From the NCBI GenBank assembly GCA_018303755.1, contig JAGVXO010000009.1, positions 1-56,711 of the forward strand: a DNA stretch of 56,711 nucleotides, given 5' to 3'. The notes under the pieces were generated by a model. That model did not search any database. It worked only from the letters and a program-made list of their open reading frames with translations, and was not told the DNA's origin. The stretch comes from Candidatus Pacearchaeota archaeon (GTDB taxonomy: Archaea; Nanobdellota; Nanobdellia; Pacearchaeales; GW2011-AR1). The position numbers and the translations under genes were made by a program. This document shows positions 18,493 to 27,481 of the stretch, in pieces; positions within the stretch are counted from its first letter, which is position 1; the number at the start of each line of letters is the position of its first letter.

Positions 18493-18960
18493 TTATTCAG
18501 TTGTCTTCTCTTTAATACTCAAACCAAAATTATTAAACAATAAAGAAAGATTACGATAATTAAAGAATCTATCTCCAGAGTTTTCAAATAAGAGTGATTC
18601 CATAAAAAGGTCATATGCATCCTTAATTCTAAGATTAAAATACTCAACAAACATTATAGTATCAATAGCCTTCTGTTGAATTAGTAAAGCAACATACTCA
18701 TAAAAGTCAAATAGTATTTTATCTGATTGAATAATAACTTCAATCTTTTCTTCTCCTTTCTTAGCTTTGTTAAAAGATTTGTTATATTCCCTTATTCTAT
18801 CAGAAATGTATCTCTCTTCTTTGTATAACTCACAGAATAGATTATTTTGCTCAATTAATTGATTTGATTTTATAGCTTTATGAGATAGGAATATAGATAC
18901 ACCGGTTAGTAAAAATCCAAAGAATGCGATAAGAATATTAGAGATTATACCAAAATCCAT
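18493..18960 (-). CDS. Hypothetical protein with an N-terminal TM helix
   Basis: MDFGIISNILIAFFGFLLTG...FYEYVALLI. Confidence 0.6.
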   Translation of the reverse strand: MDFGIISNILIAFFGFLLTGVSIFLSHKAIKSNQLIEQNNLFCELYKEERYISDRIREYNKSFNKAKKGEEKIEVIIQSDKILFDFYEYVALLIQQKAIDTIMFVEYFNLRIKDAYDLFMESLLFENSGDRFFNYRNLSLLFNNFGLSIKEKTTE

Positions 18961-19105
18961 ACTTCTTCTTGGCAACTATCCTCTGAGAAGAGGGGCCCTT
19001 TTTAGAGTTACATATCTTTTTAGTAAAACCCTTAACCTTTGTTGTAAACAATCCATTTCGCCTAATATAAGGTTTTACATTTATTTTTATACATTTATTT
19101 GCCAT
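18938..19105 (-). CDS. Small basic hypothetical protein
   Basis: MANKCIKINVKPYIRRNGLFTTKVKGF...; overlaps the downstream gene. Confidence 0.35.
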   Translation of the reverse strand: MANKCIKINVKPYIRRNGLFTTKVKGFTKKICNSKKGPSSQRIVAKKKYGFWYNL

Positions 19106-19335
19106 ATTTACCCCTAAATTGATATCATTTTCTTCTTTATAATCTTTACCATGTTTAAAAATGGTTTTCATCTGAAGTTTGCTTGACAAAATCGAAAATC
19201 AACAGCTTTAAAAACCCCATTTCATACACAATAATATCGTACTACATCGCTTGAAGTGCATATTCTGCGCACAGGCGCATAGGTAGAAGATAATAGATAA
19301 GAGAAAAACCTCTTGTCAAGGGAGATAAATAGAAA

Positions 19336-19959
19336 ATGGAGCAATTTCCTGTTGAAAAAGCAGTAAGCGAACTGAAAAAATCAGAAGAAAGAAAGTTCAA
19401 CCAGACAATTGATTTAATTGTAAATCTTAAAAAGTTTGATGTTAAAAAAACTCCGCTTAATTTTATCATAACTCTGCCGAATAAAGTGAAAGAAAGAAAA
19501 GTATGCGGTTTCATAGAATCAAAAAGTTCCATTATAGATACTATTCCAAAAATTTCTTTTTCTAAATACAAAGATAAAAAACAGATGAAACCACTAATAA
19601 AAAAATATGATTTTTTTATTTCATCTGCGCAGAATATGCCTGCAGTAGCCACTTCATTTGGAAGAGTTTTAGGCCCTGCTGGAAAAATGCCGTCGCCTAA
19701 ATTAGGAATTGTGCTTTCAGATTCAGAAGAAGAAATTAAAAAATTAGTGGATAAAATTAAATATATTGCGCGAATACAGCCAAAAGAACCATCGATAAAA
19801 ATACCCATAGGCCAGATTGCAATGTCTGACATGGAAATCTCGGAAAATATTCATTCTGCAGTTGCCTCAATAATCAACGAGCTTCCGAATAAAAAGGAAA
19901 ATGTCCGTTCAATTATGATTAAACTTACAATGAGCCGTCCGATAAAACTTGAAATTTAA
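19336..19959 (+). CDS. rpl1: 50S ribosomal protein L1
   Basis: RKFNQTIDLIVNLK, GRVLGPAGKMPSP, IKLTM. Confidence 0.95.
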   Translation: MEQFPVEKAVSELKKSEERKFNQTIDLIVNLKKFDVKKTPLNFIITLPNKVKERKVCGFIESKSSIIDTIPKISFSKYKDKKQMKPLIKKYDFFISSAQNMPAVATSFGRVLGPAGKMPSPKLGIVLSDSEEEIKKLVDKIKYIARIQPKEPSIKIPIGQIAMSDMEISENIHSAVASIINELPNKKENVRSIMIKLTMSRPIKLEI

Positions 19960-19967
19960 AATTTAAA

Positions 19968-20822
19968 ATGGCATCTTTAAAAAAATCAAAAGTAGCGAAA
20001 GAGCAAAAAACCGAAAAAAGAAAAGTTCCTGAATCAAAAATCAAGGCAGTAAAAGAACTTGCAAAATTAATCGATTCAAACAGCACAATAATGTTTGCAT
20101 CAATAAAAGGGCTTCCTGCGAAAAATTTCCAGAAAATAAAAAAATCGCTTTCAGACAGGTCAGAGATAAAAGTTGTCAAAAAAAGAATGCTTTCAAAAGC
20201 AATTGAAGAATCAAAAAAAGAGAACATTTTATTATTAAAAGATTTTATTAAAGAAGATATTGCATTTATCTCTTCAAATATTGATGCGTTCGAGCTCTCT
20301 GCTACTTTGAGTGATTCAAAAAGCTCTGTAAAGGCAAAAGCAGGGCAGGAATCAAATATAGACATCGAAGTTGAAGCAGGCCCGACAGACCTTCCAGCAG
20401 GCCCAGCTGTAAGTGAACTTGGTGCACTCGGGCTTCAAGTACAAGTAAAAGATGGGAAAATAGAGATAAGAAACCCAAAAGTTATTGTGAAAAAGGGGCA
20501 GATTATCAGCGAGGGCGCTGCAAGTGTTATGGGAAAGCTCAACATTATGCCTTTTTATGTTGGCTTTATTCCTCTTGTTGCTTATGATTCAAATTCAAAA
20601 AGTATATTTACAGAGCTTACAATGGATAAATTGGCAACTATTGAGCTGATAAAGAGTATGTTTGCTAAATCAAGGACATTTGCAGTTTCTTTAAATTATC
20701 TTTCAAAAGAAACTCTTTCAATGCTTTTTGCAAAAGCAGCAAGCCATGAAAGAGCATTAAATTCATTTATAAAATTAGAAGAGACAAATTCGGCAGATTT
20801 AGGAGAAAAAAATGGACAATAA
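19968..20822 (+). CDS. rpl10: 50S ribosomal protein L10 (P0)
   Basis: AKAGQ...EAGPTDLPAGPAVSELGALG. Confidence 0.95.
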   Translation: MASLKKSKVAKEQKTEKRKVPESKIKAVKELAKLIDSNSTIMFASIKGLPAKNFQKIKKSLSDRSEIKVVKKRMLSKAIEESKKENILLLKDFIKEDIAFISSNIDAFELSATLSDSKSSVKAKAGQESNIDIEVEAGPTDLPAGPAVSELGALGLQVQVKDGKIEIRNPKVIVKKGQIISEGAASVMGKLNIMPFYVGFIPLVAYDSNSKSIFTELTMDKLATIELIKSMFAKSRTFAVSLNYLSKETLSMLFAKAASHERALNSFIKLEETNSADLGEKNGQ

Positions 20823-20846
20823 TTCACATTCAAGGAGGATTAAATA

Positions 20847-21137
20847 ATGGAATACATATATGCAGCGCTTCTGTTGCATAAGCTTGGCCAGAAAGTAGAT
20901 GAGCATAACCTTAAAAAGGTTATATCTGCAACAGGCGCACAGGTTGATGAAGGAAAAATCAAACTGCTTGTGGCAACTCTTAAAGACGTAGACATTGATA
21001 AAGAACTTGAGAGTGCAGTTGCATTTACTGCAACGCCAGCATCTGCTGTGCCTGCAAAAGCACCAGAAGCAAAAGAAGACAAGAAAGAAGAAAAAGCTTC
21101 AGAAGCAGCAGAAGGTTTGTCCTCGCTTTTCGGATAA
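20847..21137 (+). CDS. rpl12: 50S ribosomal protein L12 (P1)
   Basis: MEYIYAALLLH...AAEGLSSLFG. Confidence 0.96.
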   Translation: MEYIYAALLLHKLGQKVDEHNLKKVISATGAQVDEGKIKLLVATLKDVDIDKELESAVAFTATPASAVPAKAPEAKEDKKEEKASEAAEGLSSLFG

Positions 21138-21275
21138 TTTTTTAGTTTGTTTTAGAGGACAAACCAATTTATAGTTATAACACTATTAAATCTGTTATTC
21201 TTTCTAATATTTTAATCATAGAAAAGTTTAAATAGGATAATTATCTGTATAATTATATCAAGAAACCTTTAAACA

Positions 21276-21388
21276 TCAGAATTCCACTCGTCTGTGACAA
21301 GTGGTTTGAACCACTCGCGGAATTCTGAGTGTGCTCAAGAACCAAGGGAGGATTTACATGCTACCCCTCTTTGACTAGTGGTTCTTGA
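21276..21388 (+). ncRNA. Candidate structured RNA or palindromic element of unknown type
   Basis: Two 10-bp stems (21276-85 with 21319-28; 21335-44 with 21379-88); BRE/TATA-like gaaaagtttaaata at 21221-34. Confidence 0.45.
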
Positions 21389-21453
21389 CATTACGAATCA
21401 GGTTTCTGGATTTTAAAATACAATCAGACATTAAGCAGTTCAAGTATTTCAAA

Positions 21454-21672
21454 ATGGAACAAATATTTAAATCAGTAACAAGAAAATGGGGAAATTCTTT
21501 GGGAATAGTTATTCCTCTTAATGTTATTAAAGAAGAAAACCTAAAAGAAAACAGAGAAGTGACTTTAAAACTTGTTAAAAAATCTCCTTTTGAAGAATTG
21601 TTCGGGAGTGTTAAATTCAAAAGACCTGTCAAGGAAATAGTCAGGAAATTAAAGAAAGAGTGTGATATATAA
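21454..21672 (+). CDS. AbrB-family antitoxin
   Basis: RKWGNSLGIVIP. Confidence 0.85.
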   Translation: MEQIFKSVTRKWGNSLGIVIPLNVIKEENLKENREVTLKLVKKSPFEELFGSVKFKRPVKEIVRKLKKECDI

Positions 21673-21677
21673 TTAAA

Positions 21678-22043
21678 ATGGTTGATGAAACTTATTTTTT
21701 TGATAGCTATGCTGTTTTTGAGATGCTTGAAGGAAATCCAGGTTATGAGTTATATAGGAGAAGTTTAATGATTTTGACAAAATTAAATCTTTTTGAAATT
21801 CATTATGGAATTCTAAAAGAAAAAGGAAAAGAAAAAGCTGGAGAATTATTAGAAAATTTTTCAGAAAGTGCTGTTGATTTTAGTAATGAAGACATAATCA
21901 ATGCTTCAGAAATTAAAAAACAAAATCCTAAAAGGTCAATGACAGATTGTATTGGCTATGCTGTTTCTTTAAGATTGAATATAAAATTTTTAACAGGAGA
22001 TAAAGAATTTGAAGGTTTAGAAAATGTGGAGTTTGTAAAATAG
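21678..22043 (+). CDS. PIN-domain (VapC) toxin
   Basis: FFDSYAVFE, SMTDCIGYA, LTGDKEF. Confidence 0.88.
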   Translation: MVDETYFFDSYAVFEMLEGNPGYELYRRSLMILTKLNLFEIHYGILKEKGKEKAGELLENFSESAVDFSNEDIINASEIKKQNPKRSMTDCIGYAVSLRLNIKFLTGDKEFEGLENVEFVK

Positions 22044-22101
22044 GGGTAAAAACATTTAAAAGTGATACTTCTTATTTATTAGTTAATATCATAGAACATT
22101 T

Positions 22102-22183
22102 GCCGTCGTGGGACAATGGTACTCCGCCTGCCTTGAGAGCAGGTTGCCTCCGGGCTTTCCCGGTTCGATTCCGGGCGACGGCG
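22102..22183 (+). tRNA. tRNA-Ser (anticodon UGA)
   Basis: Acceptor GCCGTCG/CGACGGC with discriminator G; anticodon arm CCTGC-CTTGAGA-GCAGG; long variable arm; T arm CCCGG-TTCGATT-CCGGG; CCA not encoded. Confidence 0.93.
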
Positions 22184-22343
22184 TTATTTTTTATTCTTTG
22201 AAAAGGTTAATATCCTTGCATTATTTAACATTAAAAAATACTGCTGATTAAAATAGATTTTTAGGATTTTAAAAAAGAAATTTGGCGGTTCATGCAATAA
22301 TTAATACCTTCAAGGATTTATTATAAACTTATTAAAAAAGAAA

Positions 22344-23951
22344 TTATCTTCTGCCTTTCTTTGCTTTCATCAAATAAGCAATTAAACCAATAAGGATTAT
22401 AACTGCAATTATCCCAACTATTGTCCATAGGGTTGTGCTACTTGTTCCTTCAGCACCTGTTTCTGGTGTTCCTTCATCTTCAGTTGTTCCATTGCTTACT
22501 GCTCCAGTCTCTCCAGCACCAATACTTTCTGAAATCTTTTTAACTGTAACATCTGCCTTTCCATTTGCAATGCTATTAAGTTTTACTGATAAGTCATATG
22601 TTCCATCATTATTTATATCAACTTTTTTTGTTTCTCCAGTACTCAAGTCAAGAGTTATTGGGTCTGAAGATATTGTAATTGTGACTTTATTTGTTGTTAT
22701 TGCTGTTACAGCAACTGTATGCGCTTCAGATACTGTTGCTCCCGATGGCTTTATTGAAACACTTATCTTAGAATTTTCATTGAAATTTGCACTATATCCA
22801 CTCGAAACTTGAGTTTCAGTTACTGAAACTGTGCTTCCTGCTGCAATTGTAGGAGTTGTAGTTGTGCTTCCACCACTACCTCCACTACTTCCCCCTGTAC
22901 TACTTCCAACTCCTTCTACAGTATAAGTTCCTGTAATAGTTACTATATTTCCTGCAATGTCATAAGCCGTGCATACTGAGTTGTAAGTTCCTGTATTTGA
23001 AGTTGAAGGACTTGCAGTTATAGATGTTGAGTTTAGTCCTGCAACACTATCACTTGCACTGCATGTGCATGTAGCTGTATCATCTTGGTTAACTGGATTC
23101 GGGGTGCAACTTACACTTCCTGTTGGTCCTGTATTATCAAGTATAAAATTTAATACTGCCCCAGTATTATTAAGATTGCCTCCTGTATCATTCGCCCATA
23201 CAGTTATGTTATACCTCCCATCAGCCCATGCAGAGGTATTTATAGATATATTCCAGTATTCTCCTGCAGGATTTGAAGCATAAAGTATAGTCGAGTTATG
23301 CTGTGCTCCTGTTGAATTAGTTATATTAAAAAATACTGTTTCTATTTTTGAAAGTCCGCGAGCATCATGAATTGAAACATTTAGTAATAAGTATCCTGTA
23401 TTTGCATTTGAATAATTATATAAGGTAACAGGAGAAGTAATATTCGCAGAGTTAATTAAGGGTACTGTGCTGTCAATTTTGAATGTTTTATTATTTGCAG
23501 ATTCAACTGTTGCTGACCAATTAGTAATACTAACATTAATCATTGTCCAGTTATCTTGAAAAAGTGCAGTATTGCTTATATTAATATATCCCCAAGCAGC
23601 AAAGTTTGTTGTAGAATTAACAATAGTGAGATTCCCGGTATTATTAAGTCCTTGAACGAAACTCGTACCATTATAAGATAAATTTGCTACCTGAACAAAA
23701 TTTCCTCCTGTCCCGCTTGAATTTACATAGATAGTAATATTCAAATGATCAGCACCATCATTATTAAATACAACATCAGTTAGATTTACAAATGTGATAT
23801 TAATAAAAAGCAATTGCCTTGAAGTAGCATTAAATCCTGTTATCGGACTGACAATAGTAACTGCTGCAGCTGCAAAACTTGCAACAAATATAATAAATAA
23901 TGCTGCAAAAACAGCGCTGACAAAAACATAATTTTGTTTTATTTTAACCAT
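22344..23951 (-). CDS. Cell-surface (S-layer-like/Ig-like) glycoprotein
   Basis: Signal peptide, many N-x-S/T sequons, DGRYNITVWANDTGGN Ig-like motif, G/S/T linker, C-terminal TM and basic tail. Confidence 0.8.
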   Translation of the reverse strand: MVKIKQNYVFVSAVFAALFIIFVASFAAAAVTIVSPITGFNATSRQLLFINITFVNLTDVVFNNDGADHLNITIYVNSSGTGGNFVQVANLSYNGTSFVQGLNNTGNLTIVNSTTNFAAWGYINISNTALFQDNWTMINVSITNWSATVESANNKTFKIDSTVPLINSANITSPVTLYNYSNANTGYLLLNVSIHDARGLSKIETVFFNITNSTGAQHNSTILYASNPAGEYWNISINTSAWADGRYNITVWANDTGGNLNNTGAVLNFILDNTGPTGSVSCTPNPVNQDDTATCTCSASDSVAGLNSTSITASPSTSNTGTYNSVCTAYDIAGNIVTITGTYTVEGVGSSTGGSSGGSGGSTTTTPTIAAGSTVSVTETQVSSGYSANFNENSKISVSIKPSGATVSEAHTVAVTAITTNKVTITISSDPITLDLSTGETKKVDINNDGTYDLSVKLNSIANGKADVTVKKISESIGAGETGAVSNGTTEDEGTPETGAEGTSSTTLWTIVGIIAVIILIGLIAYLMKAKKGRR

Positions 23952-24102
23952 CCTCTTTTTATCATTGTTTTTAACAATGTTAAATAATACAAAACCATAG
24001 AGTATTTAAATATTTCGTTTTATTTACTATTGGTTATAAGTTAATTTTTATGTTTTATTCTTTTCAAAATTTATATTTCTCCGACGATTATTCTTCGCAG
24101 TG

Positions 24103-25806
24103 TTATTTTTCTATATGCGGATGCTCCTGCCCCTCTTTTAATCTTTCTTTTAAATCTTTTAATTGCTTTTGTTTTTCAATTGAATAATATTTTTTATTTC
24201 CATCTGCTTTTTCTATTAATTTTGCAGTATACTCTCCTCCTAGAAAATGCGGCAGTATTACATAATCTGCTCCTGTTTTATATAAAGAATAGACATCAGA
24301 AATCTGCCTTGCAGTGGTTATTATCACAGCATTTCTGTTTTTTGCGCGTATTTTCTCAATTAGCATCAGATTTATCTCAGCTTCTGGAATTGTTGAGACA
24401 ATCAACTTTGAATTCTTCACGCGAAGATTATCAATAAAATCTGCATTTGATACATCTCCGTAAATGCAGTTTATTCTGTTTGAGCTCAATCTTCTCACTC
24501 TTTCTGGATTAAAATCAATCACAACGTAATTTTTTCTCAGTTTAACAAAAGACTTCATTATTGAAAATCCTATCCTGTTTTCTCCGAGTAAAATATATTC
24601 GTAATCTTTGTTTTCATCTTTTTCCCGCTTTGTTTTTTTGCGCTCGAAAACTGACAGATATTTTGACAATAGAGAATAAATTTTTTCAGAATACATTATC
24701 ATATAGGTCGAGCCAGCAATTGTAATCAAGCCAACAAGTGTTACAAGAGAAAGAATCTCATTTGTAAGATGTCCGACTCTTACTCCAAGTGCAATCAGAA
24801 TAAGAGAGAATTCACTTATTTGCGCAACAGTAAGCCCTGCCATAAATCCCGTGTTTTTGCTGTACCCGAATATTCCCATTAAAATCATCACAATTAAAGG
24901 ATTTCCGACAAGTATGAAAACCGAGAAAACAACAGCAGGAATCCAAAGAGCGGCTAAATTCCCGACAATCATTTGCGCGCCCAATAAAATGAAGAATGAG
25001 ATTATAAAAAAGTCCCTTAATGGCCTTAGTTTTGAGCTGACTTCATAGCTGTAAGGGGATATTGAAAGCATAATGCCTGCAACCAGGGCTCCGACTTCAA
25101 TAGAGAATCCTGCATATAAAAATAAGGCAGATAGTCCTAACCCCCATGAAATCGCGAATAAATAAAGCAACTCCTGGGATTTTGCAAAAAACGAGCTTAA
25201 TCTTGGAAGAACTAAATAACTTATTGGAAGGAGAAAAACGACTATGATTCCTCCCTTTACAAATGTAGAGACAATAATTTCTGAGGCATTTACTCCATTA
25301 GAAAAAGAAGAGACAACGATTAGAATTATAATTGCAATCAAATCCTGCACAAGAAGAAACCCTATTGAAATCTTGCCGAATAATCTGTCAAGGGAATCCT
25401 TATCAGAAAGCAGTTTCATAATAATAATTGTTGATGAGAATGTGAGTGCAACAGCAATATAAGCAGAAGTTACTGGAGAAAAGCCAAGCCAGATTCCGAT
25501 AAAGTAGCCTATTACTGAGGTGAATACCACCTGTCCGATTCCAGTTATCAGAGAGATTTTTCCAACCTCTTTTATTACTTTTGGGCTTAAGTGAATGCCG
25601 ACGATAAAAAGCAGAAAGGCCACCCCAAATTCAGAGAATGTCTGAAGTGTTTCTGTATTTGGAATAAGATTAAGCATTAATGGTCCAACAATAATCCCGG
25701 AAATTATATATCCGATGATAAGCGGCTGCTTAAGCAGCCGCACTATAAAAGAAACTCCTAATACAATCAAGAGTATAATGCTTATCTGCAAAAATATGTT
25801 TTCCAT
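24103..25806 (-). CDS. Kef-type K+/H+ antiporter (CPA2) with C-terminal TrkA-N/RCK domain
   Basis: KQPLIIGYI, FSSTIII.K, LLVQD, QISEFS, IYGDVSN. Confidence 0.92.
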   Translation of the reverse strand: MENIFLQISIILLIVLGVSFIVRLLKQPLIIGYIISGIIVGPLMLNLIPNTETLQTFSEFGVAFLLFIVGIHLSPKVIKEVGKISLITGIGQVVFTSVIGYFIGIWLGFSPVTSAYIAVALTFSSTIIIMKLLSDKDSLDRLFGKISIGFLLVQDLIAIIILIVVSSFSNGVNASEIIVSTFVKGGIIVVFLLPISYLVLPRLSSFFAKSQELLYLFAISWGLGLSALFLYAGFSIEVGALVAGIMLSISPYSYEVSSKLRPLRDFFIISFFILLGAQMIVGNLAALWIPAVVFSVFILVGNPLIVMILMGIFGYSKNTGFMAGLTVAQISEFSLILIALGVRVGHLTNEILSLVTLVGLITIAGSTYMIMYSEKIYSLLSKYLSVFERKKTKREKDENKDYEYILLGENRIGFSIMKSFVKLRKNYVVIDFNPERVRRLSSNRINCIYGDVSNADFIDNLRVKNSKLIVSTIPEAEINLMLIEKIRAKNRNAVIITTARQISDVYSLYKTGADYVILPHFLGGEYTAKLIEKADGNKKYYSIEKQKQLKDLKERLKEGQEHPHIEK

Positions 25807-25987
25807 TTCCCCACCTGTTTATTTACCCCTTTTACAAATTATTTTATAATTAAATTGCCTTTGCTTTTTATATGTTGGGTTGTTTTTTAATCTTATAAAA
25901 ATATTAAAATATATTTTAAAAATATGATACTACTTTTAAAATACAGCATTTAGAAAGATTTAAATACCTCTTATTTATATAAATTTC

Positions 25988-26764
25988 ATGGAAGTTAAGC
26001 ATACTGAAATAGTTGAGAAGAGAGTTCAAGTTGAAGAATTAGTAGGAATAGCTTCTATTATAAAAGCAGATGAATTTATCCCGCAATATACTGAAGGGGT
26101 TGAGAGATTTCTAAGAGATAATCAAAATTTAGGAGAAGAATGGATTAGAAATGTTAAAGAAAAGTTATGTGGATTTCAGGGAAAAAATAAAGATGGAAAT
26201 CTTCTTGGTTCAAGCATAGATATTGGAGTAGCAATAGCAACATTTACAGATATTCCTTTGATTACAGGAAATCAGTTACTTGGGATTTACGAACAAGCAG
26301 GAAAAAAGAATCCTTTTGGAGAGGTTTATGTTGATTTTGGTGTTGCACTTATTGGAGTTCCACAAGTAAATTACGTTAAGGCAACTGAATTATTAGAGGA
26401 TTTTACAAGAAGAGGAATAAACCTTGAAAATGGAAGAGTTCCAGATTTTGCACAATTAAGGTTAATTATGGATAAATGTGTTGGATTATCTTATAAATTA
26501 ACAGAGAATGTTTCCTCAGATGATGTTGCTTTAGTCTCTGCATATCCTTTTGGTTCCTATGTTGGAAATAATGGTTTGTTCAGGGCTTGCCTTGACGGGG
26601 ACGGCAGCTGGTATGCCGATGATGTTGGCTTGGCTGATTCCGACGGCGATGGCAGGGTGGTTCGTTATGACGCCGAAGGCGTCACGCCACGCGTTGCTCC
26701 AAAAAGTAACACTCAAGATTTGATTGCGGGATTAGTAAAAGAATTTACTGATAAATTCGGATAG
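25988..26764 (+). CDS. DGR target (variable) protein, probable CLec-fold C-terminal region
   Basis: Encodes the VR (GLFRACLDGDGSWYADDVGLADSDGDGRVV) matching the TR about 390 bp downstream. Confidence 0.88.
   Translation: MEVKHTEIVEKRVQVEELVGIASIIKADEFIPQYTEGVERFLRDNQNLGEEWIRNVKEKLCGFQGKNKDGNLLGSSIDIGVAIATFTDIPLITGNQLLGIYEQAGKKNPFGEVYVDFGVALIGVPQVNYVKATELLEDFTRRGINLENGRVPDFAQLRLIMDKCVGLSYKLTENVSSDDVALVSAYPFGSYVGNNGLFRACLDGDGSWYADDVGLADSDGDGRVVRYDAEGVTPRVAPKSNTQDLIAGLVKEFTDKFG
26576..26660 (+). repeat. DGR variable repeat (VR)
   Basis: 85-bp ungapped match to 26964-27048 with 15 mismatches, 14 of them at TR adenines. Confidence 0.93.
26668..26684 (+). other. DGR target-recognition hairpin downstream of the VR
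   Basis: tgacgcc-gaa-ggcgtca: perfect 7-bp stem with a GAA loop, 7 bp after the VR. Confidence 0.8.
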
Positions 26765-26793
26765 TTTTTAAGCTAATATTTCTTTTAAATAGT

Positions 26794-27064
26794 CCTAACC
26801 ATTTAGGTTAGGCCACACGCCAATTTACTAAGGCATATTTGACTTTATTTTAAGCCATGAAATTCAAGAGTTCCTTGCGAGGAACTCTGGTGTTCAAGGA
26901 AACTTGATATGTTCAGGCGAAATTCCTGATATGAAGAAATTCATAAGGTAAATTGGCTACAAGTTGTTCAGGGCTTGCCTTAACAGGAACGGCAGCTGGA
27001 ATGCCAATGATGATAACTTGGCTAATTCCAACGACAACGGCAGAATGGCTTAATAATGGTTAGG
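26794..27064 (+). ncRNA. Predicted DGR template RNA (structured 5' domain plus TR)
   Basis: Nested long-range complementarity 26794-803 with 27055-64 and 26850-58 with 27045-53; four short hairpins precede the TR. Confidence 0.6.
26964..27048 (+). repeat. DGR template repeat (TR)
   Basis: Non-coding, AAC/AAT-rich copy of the VR: ttgttcagggcttgccttaacaggaacggcagctggaatgccaat...aacgacaacggcagaatgg. Confidence 0.93.
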
Positions 27065-27139
27065 TTTTATTTCAATTATAAAAATAATTAAATTCCAATA
27101 TTATCAAGTTAATATGCTATACATTATTTGAAATCTGAA

Positions 27140-27435
27140 TTTTTCTAACACATCCTTCTTTTCCCTTATTCAGCATTTTTTATGGGAGTTTTGTTTTAGT
27201 ATCATCAATTAAAAATTCAAAGAACCAAAGCATCAACGAGTTCGCAGATTTGCAAAATAAAAACAGGCGAGGCGAAGCCGAGCACAAATATTTTCTTTAA
27301 ACATCCCAAATTTTGCCTTATTTCCCATCTTTTAATTTGAAATTTAGTTTATTAAAGGTATCAATTAAAAAATAAAATTATCAGTATAAAAAGTGGTTGT
27401 CAGATTTGCAAAATAAACCAGCAAGCAGAGCTGAT
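27140..27435 (+). repeat. Modular intergenic repeat family, two tandem units
   Basis: ctaacacatccttcttttcccttatt...gcagatttgcaaaataaaaacaggcgaggcgaagccgagc, then a second unit ending cagatttgcaaaataaaccagcaagc. Confidence 0.78.
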
Positions 27436-27481
27436 AAGTAAATTTATGTTGATTATTCTTATATGCTAAGTCAATAGTATA

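Noticed and set aside
19240-19335. L1 autoregulatory leader upstream of rpl1
   Set aside because: Only short hairpins (tgcgc-acag-gcgca) are present; I could not identify the L1-binding motif with confidence.
22102-22183. tRNA read as selenocysteine or a UGA suppressor
   Set aside because: The anticodon is 5'-UGA-3', which decodes UCA (Ser). The 7-bp acceptor stem and G discriminator fit tRNA-Ser.
21454-23951. Integrated element at tRNA-Ser
   Set aside because: No integrase and no duplicated tRNA 3' end were seen in the window.
27065-27140. Possible remnant of the DGR RT start downstream of the TR
   Set aside because: Only a few codons before stops, with no RT motif.
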